Source: an uncultured virus (IMG/VR IMGVR_UViG_3300010233_000007) (lineage: Duplodnaviria; Heunggongvirae; Uroviricota; Caudoviricetes). From it: a DNA stretch of 64,000 nt. The stretch is taken from IMG/VR virus record IMGVR_UViG_3300010233_000007; one strand, 5' to 3'. The position numbers and the translations under genes were made by a program. Shown here piece after piece: positions 28,089 through 38,451 of this stretch (its first letter is position 1; every line of letters begins with the position of its first letter). The notes beneath the pieces are model-generated. The model ran no database searches. It saw nothing but the letters and a program-made list of their open reading frames with translations, and had not been told where the DNA came from.

Positions 28089-28874
28089 TCATCCTTGATT
28101 GTTTCTTGCCGTGTCCCATTGATCCAAGTGTTGTATCAGAATCTTAATCGCCGCTCGCTCTAGGCTCACAATCCTTGATACACACCACTCATCCAAAGCG
28201 TTGGCGATATACCTAAAACTGCGCCTCTCGTCGCCACCAAGCCCATATCGCATTATCACGATATCGGCGAGGCGAGAGTTCCCCAATGATCTAAAGACCT
28301 CCGATACCCAGTTAAACACGCGGTCCCTTTGCGCTGGATCGTTAGTTCTCAGAAGCACATCAATAGGACGTTTATGGACTACGGGCATTGTTGGTTTAGG
28401 TTCGAGACTTGTTGGCTTTAGCCAGAACAAGCTCGCCAATTTCCGCAGAATGTGTTTGAGATTTTGACGGATACATTCTTGCGTTCTACCAACAGCCCTG
28501 CCGATTTGAAGTAGTGTACGCCGCCCATTACCGTCCAGATCGAAGCGCATATCCAAGATTTTGATTTCTCGCTCCTCCAAATGCTTCAGGATCAACGGCA
28601 TGTAATCTTCTTGCCGTGACAAATCTGTGGCGGCTAAAGATTCGGCGATGCGACTGGTTACTTCTCGGAAATTGTATTGCTCTTCCTTTGCCAATCTTTT
28701 GGCTTTTGCTACAGCCATTGCTTCCGCCGCTTTAGCCGCTTTTTTGGCTGCTCTCCTCTCTTGGCTGGTCTGCTTTCTTTCGGCCGCTCTCTCGGCAGCT
28801 CTTTTGGCTACCGCTGCTCTTGCTTCTTCAGCCGTAGGAGTAATCTTCGCAGCAAACCAGTCGTCGATAGTCAC
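28089..28874 (-). CDS. protein with two tandem sigma70 region-4 HTH domains
   Basis: LEEREIKILDMRFDL...TLLQIG...RTQECIRQ and IVIMRYGL...SFRYIA...RIVSLE..AI..L; AAGGAG RBS. Confidence 0.8.
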   Translation of the reverse strand: MTIDDWFAAKITPTAEEARAAVAKRAAERAAERKQTSQERRAAKKAAKAAEAMAVAKAKRLAKEEQYNFREVTSRIAESLAATDLSRQEDYMPLILKHLEEREIKILDMRFDLDGNGRRTLLQIGRAVGRTQECIRQNLKHILRKLASLFWLKPTSLEPKPTMPVVHKRPIDVLLRTNDPAQRDRVFNWVSEVFRSLGNSRLADIVIMRYGLGGDERRSFRYIANALDEWCVSRIVSLERAAIKILIQHLDQWDTARNNQG

Positions 28875-28921
28875 GTTGTCGTCTCCTTGTTGGTTATAGA
28901 AAGATTTGGGCGAAGTCTTTC

Positions 28922-29236
28922 TTACTTGGTCACGAGGCGGGTGCTCGGTTGACGTGCGACGACTTTCCCCTCATACAGCACAACACCATCGCACGCCGGA
29001 ACCAGTTCTTGGATGCGCGCTCCACCGGTCAGCTGATCGCCCCAGTTGTAGAAGTCAGCACTCAATCCGTCACGAGCGATACCGACTTGACACTGTTGCC
29101 GATCACACAGCTTTTGCAGGGCTTCCTTGGTCTCTTCCAGCGTTTCGTATTCAGCTGCACCACTTGGGCCATCGTCGCACACCTGTCCAGCAAAGGACGA
29201 GCCGAAGAACCACCTAAGCTGAAACATTGTTGTCAT
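28922..29236 (-). CDS. hypothetical protein
   Basis: AAGGAG RBS. Confidence 0.7.
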   Translation of the reverse strand: MTTMFQLRWFFGSSFAGQVCDDGPSGAAEYETLEETKEALQKLCDRQQCQVGIARDGLSADFYNWGDQLTGGARIQELVPACDGVVLYEGKVVARQPSTRLVTK

Positions 29237-29305
29237 CTCCTTGTGTTCTGATCACTAAACCATGACCCACGCAAGTGAGTCGCAATGATAGTTTAGTATC
29301 ATCAT

Positions 29306-29338
29306 ATTACTATGATGGGTTTCTTCCGGTTATTTAGC
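29306..29338 (-). promoter_or_regulatory. island promoter motif, copy 3
   Basis: GCTAAATA-N15-TCATAGTAAT. Confidence 0.7.
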
Positions 29339-29363
29339 GTACCCCAAGAAAGGAACGCTAAGC

Positions 29364-29828
29364 ATGCCAGCCCAAAAACTACCAATCAGCCAAGATTCAG
29401 TTTATCTTGATTTACGTTCAATGAAGCATCTTAAAGAACTGAAAGATCTTGTGGCTAGTGCGCGTTATTATCCTGCACATATGAATCTACTCATTCAGGG
29501 TTATAAGTTAGTACGTCCCGGCGGTAGGAACTATATACACACCAAATATAAAACATATAAAATCGGGCGAGAATACAAAATCAAAGCGGATACGAGACAG
29601 GATTACGATTGCAGTTATGGACTAAACGTAGGCACATGGGACTGGTGTAAGAAAAACAAGCCAACGTCAAATTTTATAAGTATTCCAATGCCACCAGCTA
29701 ATTATAAAGTCCTAGTTGTACATTTCCGTGTAAAGGATGTAGCTTGTATACCGAATGGTACAGACGGCAAGCTCAGACTACATAAAGGACTGATAGTTTC
29801 TGCTTTACGTGGAGAATTACTGGTTTAA
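29364..29828 (+). CDS. GKLR-family paralog 2
   Basis: GYK...CSYGLNVGTWDWC...DVACIP..TDGKLR. Confidence 0.8.
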   Translation: MPAQKLPISQDSVYLDLRSMKHLKELKDLVASARYYPAHMNLLIQGYKLVRPGGRNYIHTKYKTYKIGREYKIKADTRQDYDCSYGLNVGTWDWCKKNKPTSNFISIPMPPANYKVLVVHFRVKDVACIPNGTDGKLRLHKGLIVSALRGELLV

Positions 29829-29842
29829 ACAGAAAGGGTTAT

Positions 29843-30295
29843 ATGCCATCAAAACAGTATCCGATACTTAATTTGGTTCATAATAGTCACATTAATTTAT
29901 TACGCCTACGTGTTGAGAATAATTTCTCAGGACTAGTACAGGCATATAAACTAGTAGACCAAAATCTTAGAAGTTATATTATTGGACCCGGTAACAGCAT
30001 TGAATATAAACTCGGAAAATTAATCAAAGTCAAAGACGCCAACACAGATCGCCATAATGATTGTGCCGTTGGTATTAACGTTGGAACATTAGAGTGGTGC
30101 GTAAAATGGGCAACGTTTGAATCACATCAAACAGCACAAAATAAACCGAAGCTACTAATTGTGCATTTCAAAATAAAGGATGTAGCGTGTATCCCCACTA
30201 ATTCAGACGGCAAGCTCAGATTATATCAATGTAGACCAGTGAAAATAATTGTCGATTGTTTTCCCTGTATAGACCACCGCGATATTCCGAGTTGA
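29843..30295 (+). CDS. GKLR-family paralog 3
   Basis: AYK...CAVGINVGTLEWC...DVACIP..SDGKLR. Confidence 0.8.
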   Translation: MPSKQYPILNLVHNSHINLLRLRVENNFSGLVQAYKLVDQNLRSYIIGPGNSIEYKLGKLIKVKDANTDRHNDCAVGINVGTLEWCVKWATFESHQTAQNKPKLLIVHFKIKDVACIPTNSDGKLRLYQCRPVKIIVDCFPCIDHRDIPS

Positions 30296-30297
30296 AA

Positions 30298-30741
30298 ATG
30301 ACAAAATTAAAATCCGACCTAGATCTTAAAACAATGGCAGATTTTCGTAAGTTGATCAAATGGAACGAAGATGTTGTTGCCAATGCTGACAAAGTAATAA
30401 CCGCGTATAAGCTTGTAGACCACAAAAATCAGAATTTTATACATAGATCAAAGCGCAAAGTTACATATGTAGTCGGTAAAAAAGTTGTTAATAGAAAAGC
30501 AGACACATTTATTAATCACAGTTGCGCTGCCGGAATTAACGTGGCAACTCTGGCTTGGTGTAGAAGACTACACGGAGCAAATTACAATTACAGCTGGCAT
30601 AATAGAATTCTCAAACCAAAAATAATCAGCGTCCAGTTCAGACTTAAAGATATCGCCGCAATTCCAATTAATTCGGGCGGTAAATTTCGCCTATTCCGCT
30701 GTATAGTTACGGCAGTTGCACATACCTATAAAAAGCGATGA
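30298..30741 (+). CDS. GKLR-family paralog 4
   Basis: AYK...CAAGINVATLAWC...DIAAIP..SGGKFR. Confidence 0.8.
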   Translation: MTKLKSDLDLKTMADFRKLIKWNEDVVANADKVITAYKLVDHKNQNFIHRSKRKVTYVVGKKVVNRKADTFINHSCAAGINVATLAWCRRLHGANYNYSWHNRILKPKIISVQFRLKDIAAIPINSGGKFRLFRCIVTAVAHTYKKR

Positions 30742-30752
30742 TAGCTAAAGAA

Positions 30753-30788
30753 AATACTACAGCAGGCAGTTAAGTCAGCTGTAGTATT
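30753..30788. terminator. hairpin at island end
   Basis: AATACTACAGC/GCTGTAGTATT. Confidence 0.6.
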
Positions 30789-30900
30789 CATGAAGTGTTT
30801 TCCTCGGCTGTGGTTTTAAGGCACTCACAGCTAATCCTCTCCCTCAGTAAATATAAGTGTTACCCATTATATCGACCGCAATGCCGGAAGCAGCAACTTA

Positions 30901-32777
30901 TCACGAAATCCGACTCAACAACTGTAGGAGCTGCTGAATGGATTCTTGTGATATCGCATTATGCACAACGATCTTTACCGCGACCTCATCCTTACAGTGC
31001 TCAATCTGGACGATAGCACTGTAAGGATGAAGCCGAAATGTTGTCACCGTTATCCCGCACCTTTCGACGGAAACGACATCTTCCACCTTGCCCGTTGACG
31101 CCACTGTCAGCAGCGTTTCATTCAGCGTGTCATAGCCGACCTCCATTTCAGCTTCGCCAGCAAACATAATTGAAATGATTTCCAGTTTATGTTTGCTGGC
31201 GAATTCACCGATAGTGGCAATTGTTTGGTCGGCGTTCATCGCGGAATTGCTCCTGTTGAAGAGGTTTAATCACCACGGCCAAATTGATATGGCGGCGGTC
31301 TGATCCCATCACCTAGTACGACCGGTGCGCTTTGTACATCAGCTTTGTTGGGCATCTTGAGGTTGTAGATATTCTCTACAGCCTCTAAACCAACCAACAA
31401 CGCGTCGAAAGAGAGCTGCCGCTTGTCCAGTGTGTTGATTGTCCACATTGGCGCGTATGGATCTGGTAGCTTCGCCAGAATGAAGCATCGCACATTAGCG
31501 CACCACTGTCTGGTCGTTCGAATGTCGCTTTCTATCGTTGCAATAGCCATCTCCCATTTTGATTTGTCGGCTATGGCTATGTGATCATCGACTTTGATCA
31601 TCGCTTTGTCGGTCATGATTATCAGTTGTGATGAGTTATTTGCCGATATGACCAAGCTCATCTTCACTTGATCATCGGCTGATTCGTGGTGACAGCGGCA
31701 GACTATATCTGCCAATTCCACCGGATCGTACATTCCAGTTCGACGCGGAAGCACATTCAAGATCTCCAGAAATCGACTGATTTGATCGTTCGTATTCCTG
31801 GTTATTGCTCCCGCTGTAGCGCTCAATGCCGCGTGAAGCAGCGGTACGATCTTCCACATCACAGAAACGCTGATATCGAGCATGGCACCTCCGTGGCTTG
31901 GAGTGTAGAAAAGGGCACAGACCAGAAACCAGCTTTGATCTGTGCCCAAAGATGAAGTTGTGAAACAATCACTCGGTATCAACCAGAGTCGGATACCGCT
32001 TCATCTTATGTGAAGAATGCGATCATGAGAATGTACGCCAACATTCCCGCAGAGGCGATCAGACAGACTGCGAAACAGAGGCGATCTCGTGTTGTTTGTA
32101 ACGGATGTGTTTCGGACTGTTGTTGATGATGATCTTGCATGGTCCCTCCGTGACTTTGCTCATGAGCGATTCCAGCACGCTCGTGTTAGAAGCGAATTCT
32201 CCATACTTGATGCCACCGCTGTAAGGGCAGCAGTAGAAGGTGACGAATTGACAGCAGTTCTTTCCCTGAATCAGATACAGGAACCGTTTAAACGGCTCAG
32301 GCGTTCTCAGCTCGCCGCAGTATGAGACGGCTCTGGCCTCGCGTATGATCCAGTCTGGAAGACGTTTTGCGTCGGATGGTACAGTAGGATTGAAGTACGA
32401 AATCCTACGTCCGAATGCTTTCCATGCATCGTCTTTCGGCGCTGACATTGTTACTTCCTGAGTCTGGTGACATGTTCACTTGTATTTGGATACGGCGCGC
32501 GATAGAACTTACGAAGCAGTGTGTCATAGATGAAGAAGTCAGCTTTCGGCGCTGACAGTGTTCCCAGTGTTGCAGACACTACGAAACGATCTATAGATAC
32601 TGCGACGTGTTGTGTCCAGTCTTTACAAAGACACGTGCGCTCATCCTGTTGTTCGAGCATTCGACACAGGGTTTCGCCCGGTTTGAGTTTGTAGGCGAAC
32701 TTGACTACCGCATCTTCGGCATTTTTGGCCGATTCTCGTACTTCCGGCCGCTCTTTGATGAAATAGATTGTTTCCAT
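30901..32777 (-). CDS. four hypothetical ORFs (30901-31239, 31266-31883, 32059-32448, 32451-32777)
   Basis: each has an AGGA/GGAGG RBS; downstream of promoter copy 4. Confidence 0.7.
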
Positions 32778-32832
32778 TTGTCATTCCTTTCGTGACAGTT
32801 AGAAAAAGAGAGGCGATAGCAAAATAGCTATC

Positions 32833-32871
32833 GTCTACTTTATAATGACTGATTGATCTCAATTATTTAGG
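32833..32871 (-). promoter_or_regulatory. island promoter motif, copy 4
   Basis: CCTAAATA-N15-TCATTATAAAGTAGAC. Confidence 0.75.
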
Positions 32872-32879
32872 AGACTGAT

Positions 32880-33083
32880 TTGATGGAAAAAACCGCGTTT
32901 GAAAAGAATGCAGCACAGCTTTCTGACAAAGCTAGAGATGCTGCAACTGATTTGTTGGAGAAACTTGCTAAAGCCGAAGACCAAGGTGAAGCTATGATTT
33001 TAGCCACATCTGCTGCCGCATATTCAAATTTAGCTGTATTACATAAATTAGATCAAATTAAGGAAGCCCTCTCTGAAAAGTAG
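32880..33083 (+). CDS. hypothetical protein
   Basis: AGGAG RBS. Confidence 0.65.
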   Translation: MMEKTAFEKNAAQLSDKARDAATDLLEKLAKAEDQGEAMILATSAAAYSNLAVLHKLDQIKEALSEK

Positions 33084-33144
33084 CGGACAATGAACCAACT
33101 TGAATCGACATATAACCTAATCTCAAAATTAGAAAGGGCTAGCT

Positions 33145-34513
33145 TTGCCCGCTTTATATAGCAAAGACCTTTCTGGCTTACGTGCTGACCTTATCCGCGC
33201 AATCATGGCACTTCCTGAGATCAATCTCGGCAACTTATTAAAGCATCTCAAAAACAACGTAAACATCTCTGCTAGTTCGGACTGGTACAAATACCTGGAC
33301 GGCAGTGGGGGCGGCTGTTTGGCCGCTTTAGCAGCCTGCTGGGATATTCCACAGGTCGAATGGACAGAGTGGCAATCTCAACACACAATAACAGCTTTAG
33401 ATGAGTCAGAAGTGAAAGAGATTTTGCGTTGGCACGGTTATTTTGATCGTAGTCTGGGATATCAATTCTCCGCACTATGTTTAGAATCAGATGTACAAGG
33501 TCTGAAAACCTGCTTATACAAGGGGCTTCTATATAAGAAATTGATTATGGAAAATAAGGTCTTAACTAAGGCTGGCGAGCACGCTTTAAATTTGGCACAG
33601 ATATTCTCAAAAAGTGAAACAACCAGTAGTGGCCTCATTGTGCCTGAGACAAAACCAAAAGAAAGGACGGACGATTATGATGCCGCCGAGAAAGAGTTGT
33701 TATGCATTTAACTAAGATAAAAGCTATATTTCTATTACGACTTAGAGATTTATTTGCAGTATTAACGATTAAACAACTTGAGAGACTTGTAGATAATTTA
33801 AGCAAACACGCAGATATTTATCATTGTGGTGGATACGTAGACCAATATAGTGACGGCAAAGTAAAAGGTTGTCCTGCCGTATTAGCTAGTGTTATATACG
33901 AACCAAGCAAGTTACTCAAGTTAAAAGGGGCATATAGCAGATTTAAGAACTATGTTAAGATTTTCCATAAATTTTGCACAGTTACAAACTGGGACACAAA
34001 TGGCAGCGTAGATGGAACATTAAAACACTTTAATCAATCAGAAATATTGTCTGTGGCTAAACAAGTTCTAAAGAACAAAATCAAGAAAAAGGTATCCAAA
34101 TGAACGCAGTCGCTAAGAGAACACTCGAAGTAGCTTTCAATTCTTTCACTGATCGTCAATTAGCTTTATTAATTTGGAATCTTACACACGGAGCACAATG
34201 TCACGAGGGTGTATTTATAGCTCGTGACGCCGCTGGAAATATTTGTGGCGGTTGTCCTGCGACTTTGGCCACCAGTAAGTTTAACTCACGTAGATGGGCA
34301 AGGTTCGGTGAAGCCGGCCCAAAGAACGCAAACAAAGTATTCAACAAAATGGAGAGAGCATTACTGAAGCGAAATGAGGCTGCGGATGATGTATACAGTG
34401 ATATCGATTCTGCACTGGGACATACACCATCTGCCGTTGTACTAAGTGTTGCAAGGAAAGTATTCAATGAACGAACTAACAAACGAATTGAACGCCTTGT
34501 AAATGCCGCATGA
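33145..34513 (+). CDS. three tandem diverged paralogs (33145-33711, 33702-34103, 34100-34513)
   Basis: shared helical N-terminus and GC(P/L)A.LA motif. Confidence 0.65.
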
Positions 34514-34668
34514 ACTATAAAGATAATATTCTGTTATTAAGATTGTGCACTGTTTAGGACTTTACTCATGACAAATACTTTCTAATTTTGAAATTAAACT
34601 TACTTTGAACTGAATGAAGCTTACTCCGTTAATACTTACTTAGTAATAGTCTAACAAAGGAATTCTGA

Positions 34669-35019
34669 ATGACAAGAGCAAAGATAATAGATTCTGTGAT
34701 TATTTTTTCTGATGAATTAACCAGTCCAAATCCTAAAGTTTTGAAAGATGGGTTGGTTGAAATCAGAAGACAGTGGGAAGAAGTCCGAGAAACTTGGGAA
34801 GATTTTCTTACTGGAATCAGAAGCTACTATAACGCTAATGAGGCAAGTATTCCTGCTTTACAGTTAGCTGCCAAACTGATTAACTTTGTCCATTTATTCA
34901 GTGATCAGACACATGAAGGTCTGAATCAGTTTCTGAATAAGTCTAGAAAGATTTCTGAAGTAAAGAAACCCAAGTCAAATAAACTTGCCAAGTCTCACAA
35001 GTCTAAGCTGAAAAAGTAA
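34669..35019 (+). CDS. hypothetical protein with a basic tail
   Basis: AAGGA RBS. Confidence 0.65.
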   Translation: MTRAKIIDSVIIFSDELTSPNPKVLKDGLVEIRRQWEEVRETWEDFLTGIRSYYNANEASIPALQLAAKLINFVHLFSDQTHEGLNQFLNKSRKISEVKKPKSNKLAKSHKSKLKK

Positions 35020-35057
35020 ACCATACACATGCTTCAGAAAACATAAAAGGCTGTATC

Positions 35058-35825
35058 CACAAAGATTGTTTGGGTGAGCGAAGCGAACCCAAACAATCTT
35101 TGTGTAATCACAGCGGGCGCGCAAGCGCCCGCTGCATATCAAAGCTCCTGCTCCTTATATAGAAGTTAATAGTTAGAACACGATGCTAATGCTTTAAGCT
35201 TGAAGCGCTGTTTTTGTAAGTCTTTGAAATAGTTAAGTCTTATGTATTCTTATATATAGGGGTATTTAGAGGGCGTGGGGTAAAATGTCTGTTTTCATGA
35301 CTTAAAAATAGACATTATCATATATGGCATCAAAAATCGCTGGTGATTAAGCTATGTTTTTAATTTACAATAGTGAGATTTTGATACCTATTTATGTCTA
35401 TGCGATGAAAGTGACTAAAAAACGCATAGACATAAATAGGTATCAAAATTACAGATGTGTAAAATAAGAAACGTGGTAATTTGTGCTGTTTAATAGACTA
35501 GTGCTAATGTTGTGATTAGAGTTTTTCCGAATGAGTTATCAAAACTGCTCATTTTTGGCATTTTGAGAATTCATTCGGAAATTGACCATCCGTCGCTACA
35601 GTCGATAGCCGCCAAATCGCACAAATTACCGTGTTTCTTATTTTACACATCTGTAATTTTGATACCTATTTATGTCTATGCGTTTTTTCGGTGTATATAA
35701 GCCCAACTACTCACTTTTTCGGAAAATTGTAATGGTGTTATTAGACTGATCCATACCAAACAGCACAAATTACCACGTTTCTTATTTTACACATCTGTAA
35801 TTTTGATACCTATTTATGTCTATGC
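35058..35825. repeat. non-coding hairpin/iteron-like region, probable replication origin
   Basis: 18-bp and 10-bp stems; a 68-bp unit in direct and inverted copies. Confidence 0.65.
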
Positions 35826-35928
35826 ATTCTAGCTACTTTTGTTGTCCGTTTTGTTTACCAGGTCAAAGCCTGTAAATTGGAGTCACGTCTTGGCAGCAGT
35901 AATACAGCGAGATGGGTTCGGCGATCGC

Positions 35929-36933
35929 ATGGTCTGGTCGTTAATTATTAAATTGGAAGATCCCTGGCGCAGAGACATTGCACTAGCGTTAGCCGATACT
36001 AACTTTATTTATAGTGCTGCTGCTTTAATAAGTAATCTAGACGATCTGTATAACGCTAATAAAACAGATAAACGTGGTTTTGACTGTGTACAATTGCTCG
36101 ATATGATCGCTTGGTCATATTCTGTTGGTTTGATGCGGGCAGCAGAAGACGATGCGCCGGCTTTAGTGTTTTACAGTAAGTGGCATGTAGTAGAAGTAGA
36201 AGATATGAAACAGTTGAAATCATCAATCGGAAGAAGCACAGCCAACATTAGCATATTTTATTCGTTTACTAGTATAAGACAGCTTAATTTTAATACGCCC
36301 GAATATGACAACATCTTCAGAGAAACTATTGATGACTTAGTAAACCAAAACGGGGACCATGTTGAATATCCTATTACCGCAATAGATAAAAATATAACCA
36401 AGACCGGAAGAGCTAAAAAGCTTGAATTGGCTATAAATAAAACACTGGAGTTCGTGAAATCCGGTAAACCATATCCAACAGTCGAAGAAGAACCAATAGC
36501 AATAACCGAGGTGCATACCCTAAGTAAATTATTAAAGAGATGGGATAACACAGCGGCAGTAACAGAAGAACCAGCTACAGTTACACCGATACTAGCGCGG
36601 GCTTACGGTAGAGATATTTTACAGCATACTACGCCTGTGACATACCGTGTTCAGACTAACAGACCGATTAGTGGCTTTTTAGATACATCGGCAGAAGCAA
36701 CTCCTGATATCACAAATCGGGCAGAATTTGTTGACATCGTAGCCACAAATAATCCAATTACATTAGGGCTATTAAGTCAATTACAACTAGCCGTATCAGG
36801 GACGAGAGTAGAACGTGGTGTGCCCGAAAACGAGCTAGAAGCAATAAGAGATGAGGAAGAAGATATAGACGAAGAAACAGAAGATGAAGAAGAAGATATA
36901 GACGAAGAAACAGAAGATGATGAAGATAACTAA
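35929..36933 (+). CDS. hypothetical protein with an acidic tail (33-bp tandem duplication)
   Basis: DEEEDIDEETE twice; start uncertain. Confidence 0.7.
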   Translation: MVWSLIIKLEDPWRRDIALALADTNFIYSAAALISNLDDLYNANKTDKRGFDCVQLLDMIAWSYSVGLMRAAEDDAPALVFYSKWHVVEVEDMKQLKSSIGRSTANISIFYSFTSIRQLNFNTPEYDNIFRETIDDLVNQNGDHVEYPITAIDKNITKTGRAKKLELAINKTLEFVKSGKPYPTVEEEPIAITEVHTLSKLLKRWDNTAAVTEEPATVTPILARAYGRDILQHTTPVTYRVQTNRPISGFLDTSAEATPDITNRAEFVDIVATNNPITLGLLSQLQLAVSGTRVERGVPENELEAIRDEEEDIDEETEDEEEDIDEETEDDEDN

Positions 36934-37715
36934 TGCGCGCCAAGCCGCTAATCTTAGATATAATCCAGTCAGACTGCTATAACGTTCAGAAATACGTATT
37001 ACTGTCGTTTTTATTTAAGGACAGCGGTGGAACAAAACAAAAAGTAGACAGATTGATTACACTATGGCGGCATAGACTGTACGAGCTACGGCAGGCCGGT
37101 TGGCAGACTACAAGTGATAAACGCACTTTTGCGTATATGTACAACTGCCAACCGGCAATGGTCAAAACTGATTTTGTGACCCAGTATTGTAGCCGCCGCC
37201 ACATCTGTCCCTTTTGTTATAGCAGATCTGTGGCGCGTGTATATCAAGCTATAACTGCCGGTATGCATCGTTATTCGGATGGTGTGCTTATAACTAGATC
37301 GCATCAGATACATATTAATTCTAATTTTGACATTAGAAACACAACCGATAAGATTCGTTCAACGTGGCCAGCGATTGCGGCTAACACATTAGGTGCATAT
37401 TTTTCGATAGTGTTAGAGCCGTTTAAGGCTGATATCGTTATGACCATAAGATCAATAATGTTAATAAACCCAAAAACAATCTTGCCTAAATGGATAAGTG
37501 AAGATAGTATTGTGCATCGCGATTTGACCAAACACCAGTTGTCTAAAGCCGTCGGAACAGTATTACAATATCCAAAAACCTTGTTATATGGAGATCCTGC
37601 ACTAACTTGTAAAATATTGTACAAACGTGAGAATTTACGTCTAGCCGCTAGTCATGGTTGTTTCAGGAACAGAGAGTCACTATGGAAACTTCGCCAGCTC
37701 CAACAATGCCAGTAG
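36933..37715 (+). CDS. degenerate rolling-circle Rep-like zinc-finger protein
   Basis: C...CSRRHICPFC..R and a late QYPK; no HUH motif. Confidence 0.45.
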   Translation: MRAKPLILDIIQSDCYNVQKYVLLSFLFKDSGGTKQKVDRLITLWRHRLYELRQAGWQTTSDKRTFAYMYNCQPAMVKTDFVTQYCSRRHICPFCYSRSVARVYQAITAGMHRYSDGVLITRSHQIHINSNFDIRNTTDKIRSTWPAIAANTLGAYFSIVLEPFKADIVMTIRSIMLINPKTILPKWISEDSIVHRDLTKHQLSKAVGTVLQYPKTLLYGDPALTCKILYKRENLRLAASHGCFRNRESLWKLRQLQQCQ

Positions 37716-38437
37716 GTTTTTCTTTTGACGAACCAACTGATGAAATATCTGAACGTAATGAGATTATGCCTAAATTATCCGAACTTGAACACGGGATGGT
37801 GAAATTAACGAATTTACTGCACGCTTTAGTTGAAGTGTCTGACTTGAAAAATACAATAAATGCCATCGGTAATTTGCAGAAAGCCAGCGACAGTATTGAA
37901 TTGATAAAGAAACAGATTAATGCGTTACTTGAATCAAATAGAAGAACGACAGACGTAGTAGCAAATACATCTATAGAAGTTGAAAAACTTACTAACGATT
38001 TTACTGCGCTGCATTCAAAAATTGGTGAAGTCGCTATTCAACGTCAAAATGTTGAAAACACATATTATACAGCATTAGAACAATGGCAAGACGATGTGCA
38101 AGGGCTACGTGGACAGGTAAACACACTACTTGGTCGAAGTGCTGATGCCCCTATATACGCACATGCATTTACTGAGCGGACTATTACAAAAGAAGTTGTT
38201 AATAGCTTTATTCGCACATTAGGAACGATTGGACTTATACCATCGTCCGGCGATAATGCCCAATACAGGGATTTCTATTATTTGATGTATCATTCAGTAT
38301 TAGGCAGTATCCCGGAGCGCACTTATAATGGCGACGCTAGGATCGATACGTTAAGCCAAGCTCACCTCCTGGCTTGCTACAACTGGTTATATTTATACGC
38401 GCAGAAAGCCGCTATGTTCAAACTCACCCCCCAATAA
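37682..38437 (+). CDS. coiled-coil hypothetical protein
   Basis: ORF track; start re-placed at ATG 37682. Confidence 0.65.
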   Translation: METSPAPTMPVGFSFDEPTDEISERNEIMPKLSELEHGMVKLTNLLHALVEVSDLKNTINAIGNLQKASDSIELIKKQINALLESNRRTTDVVANTSIEVEKLTNDFTALHSKIGEVAIQRQNVENTYYTALEQWQDDVQGLRGQVNTLLGRSADAPIYAHAFTERTITKEVVNSFIRTLGTIGLIPSSGDNAQYRDFYYLMYHSVLGSIPERTYNGDARIDTLSQAHLLACYNWLYLYAQKAAMFKLTPQ

Positions 38438-38451
38438 CTTAGGAAGCAATT

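Noticed and set aside
27135..30741. Paralogs as diversity-generating retroelement targets
   Set aside because: No reverse transcriptase and no adenine-specific TR/VR pair seen
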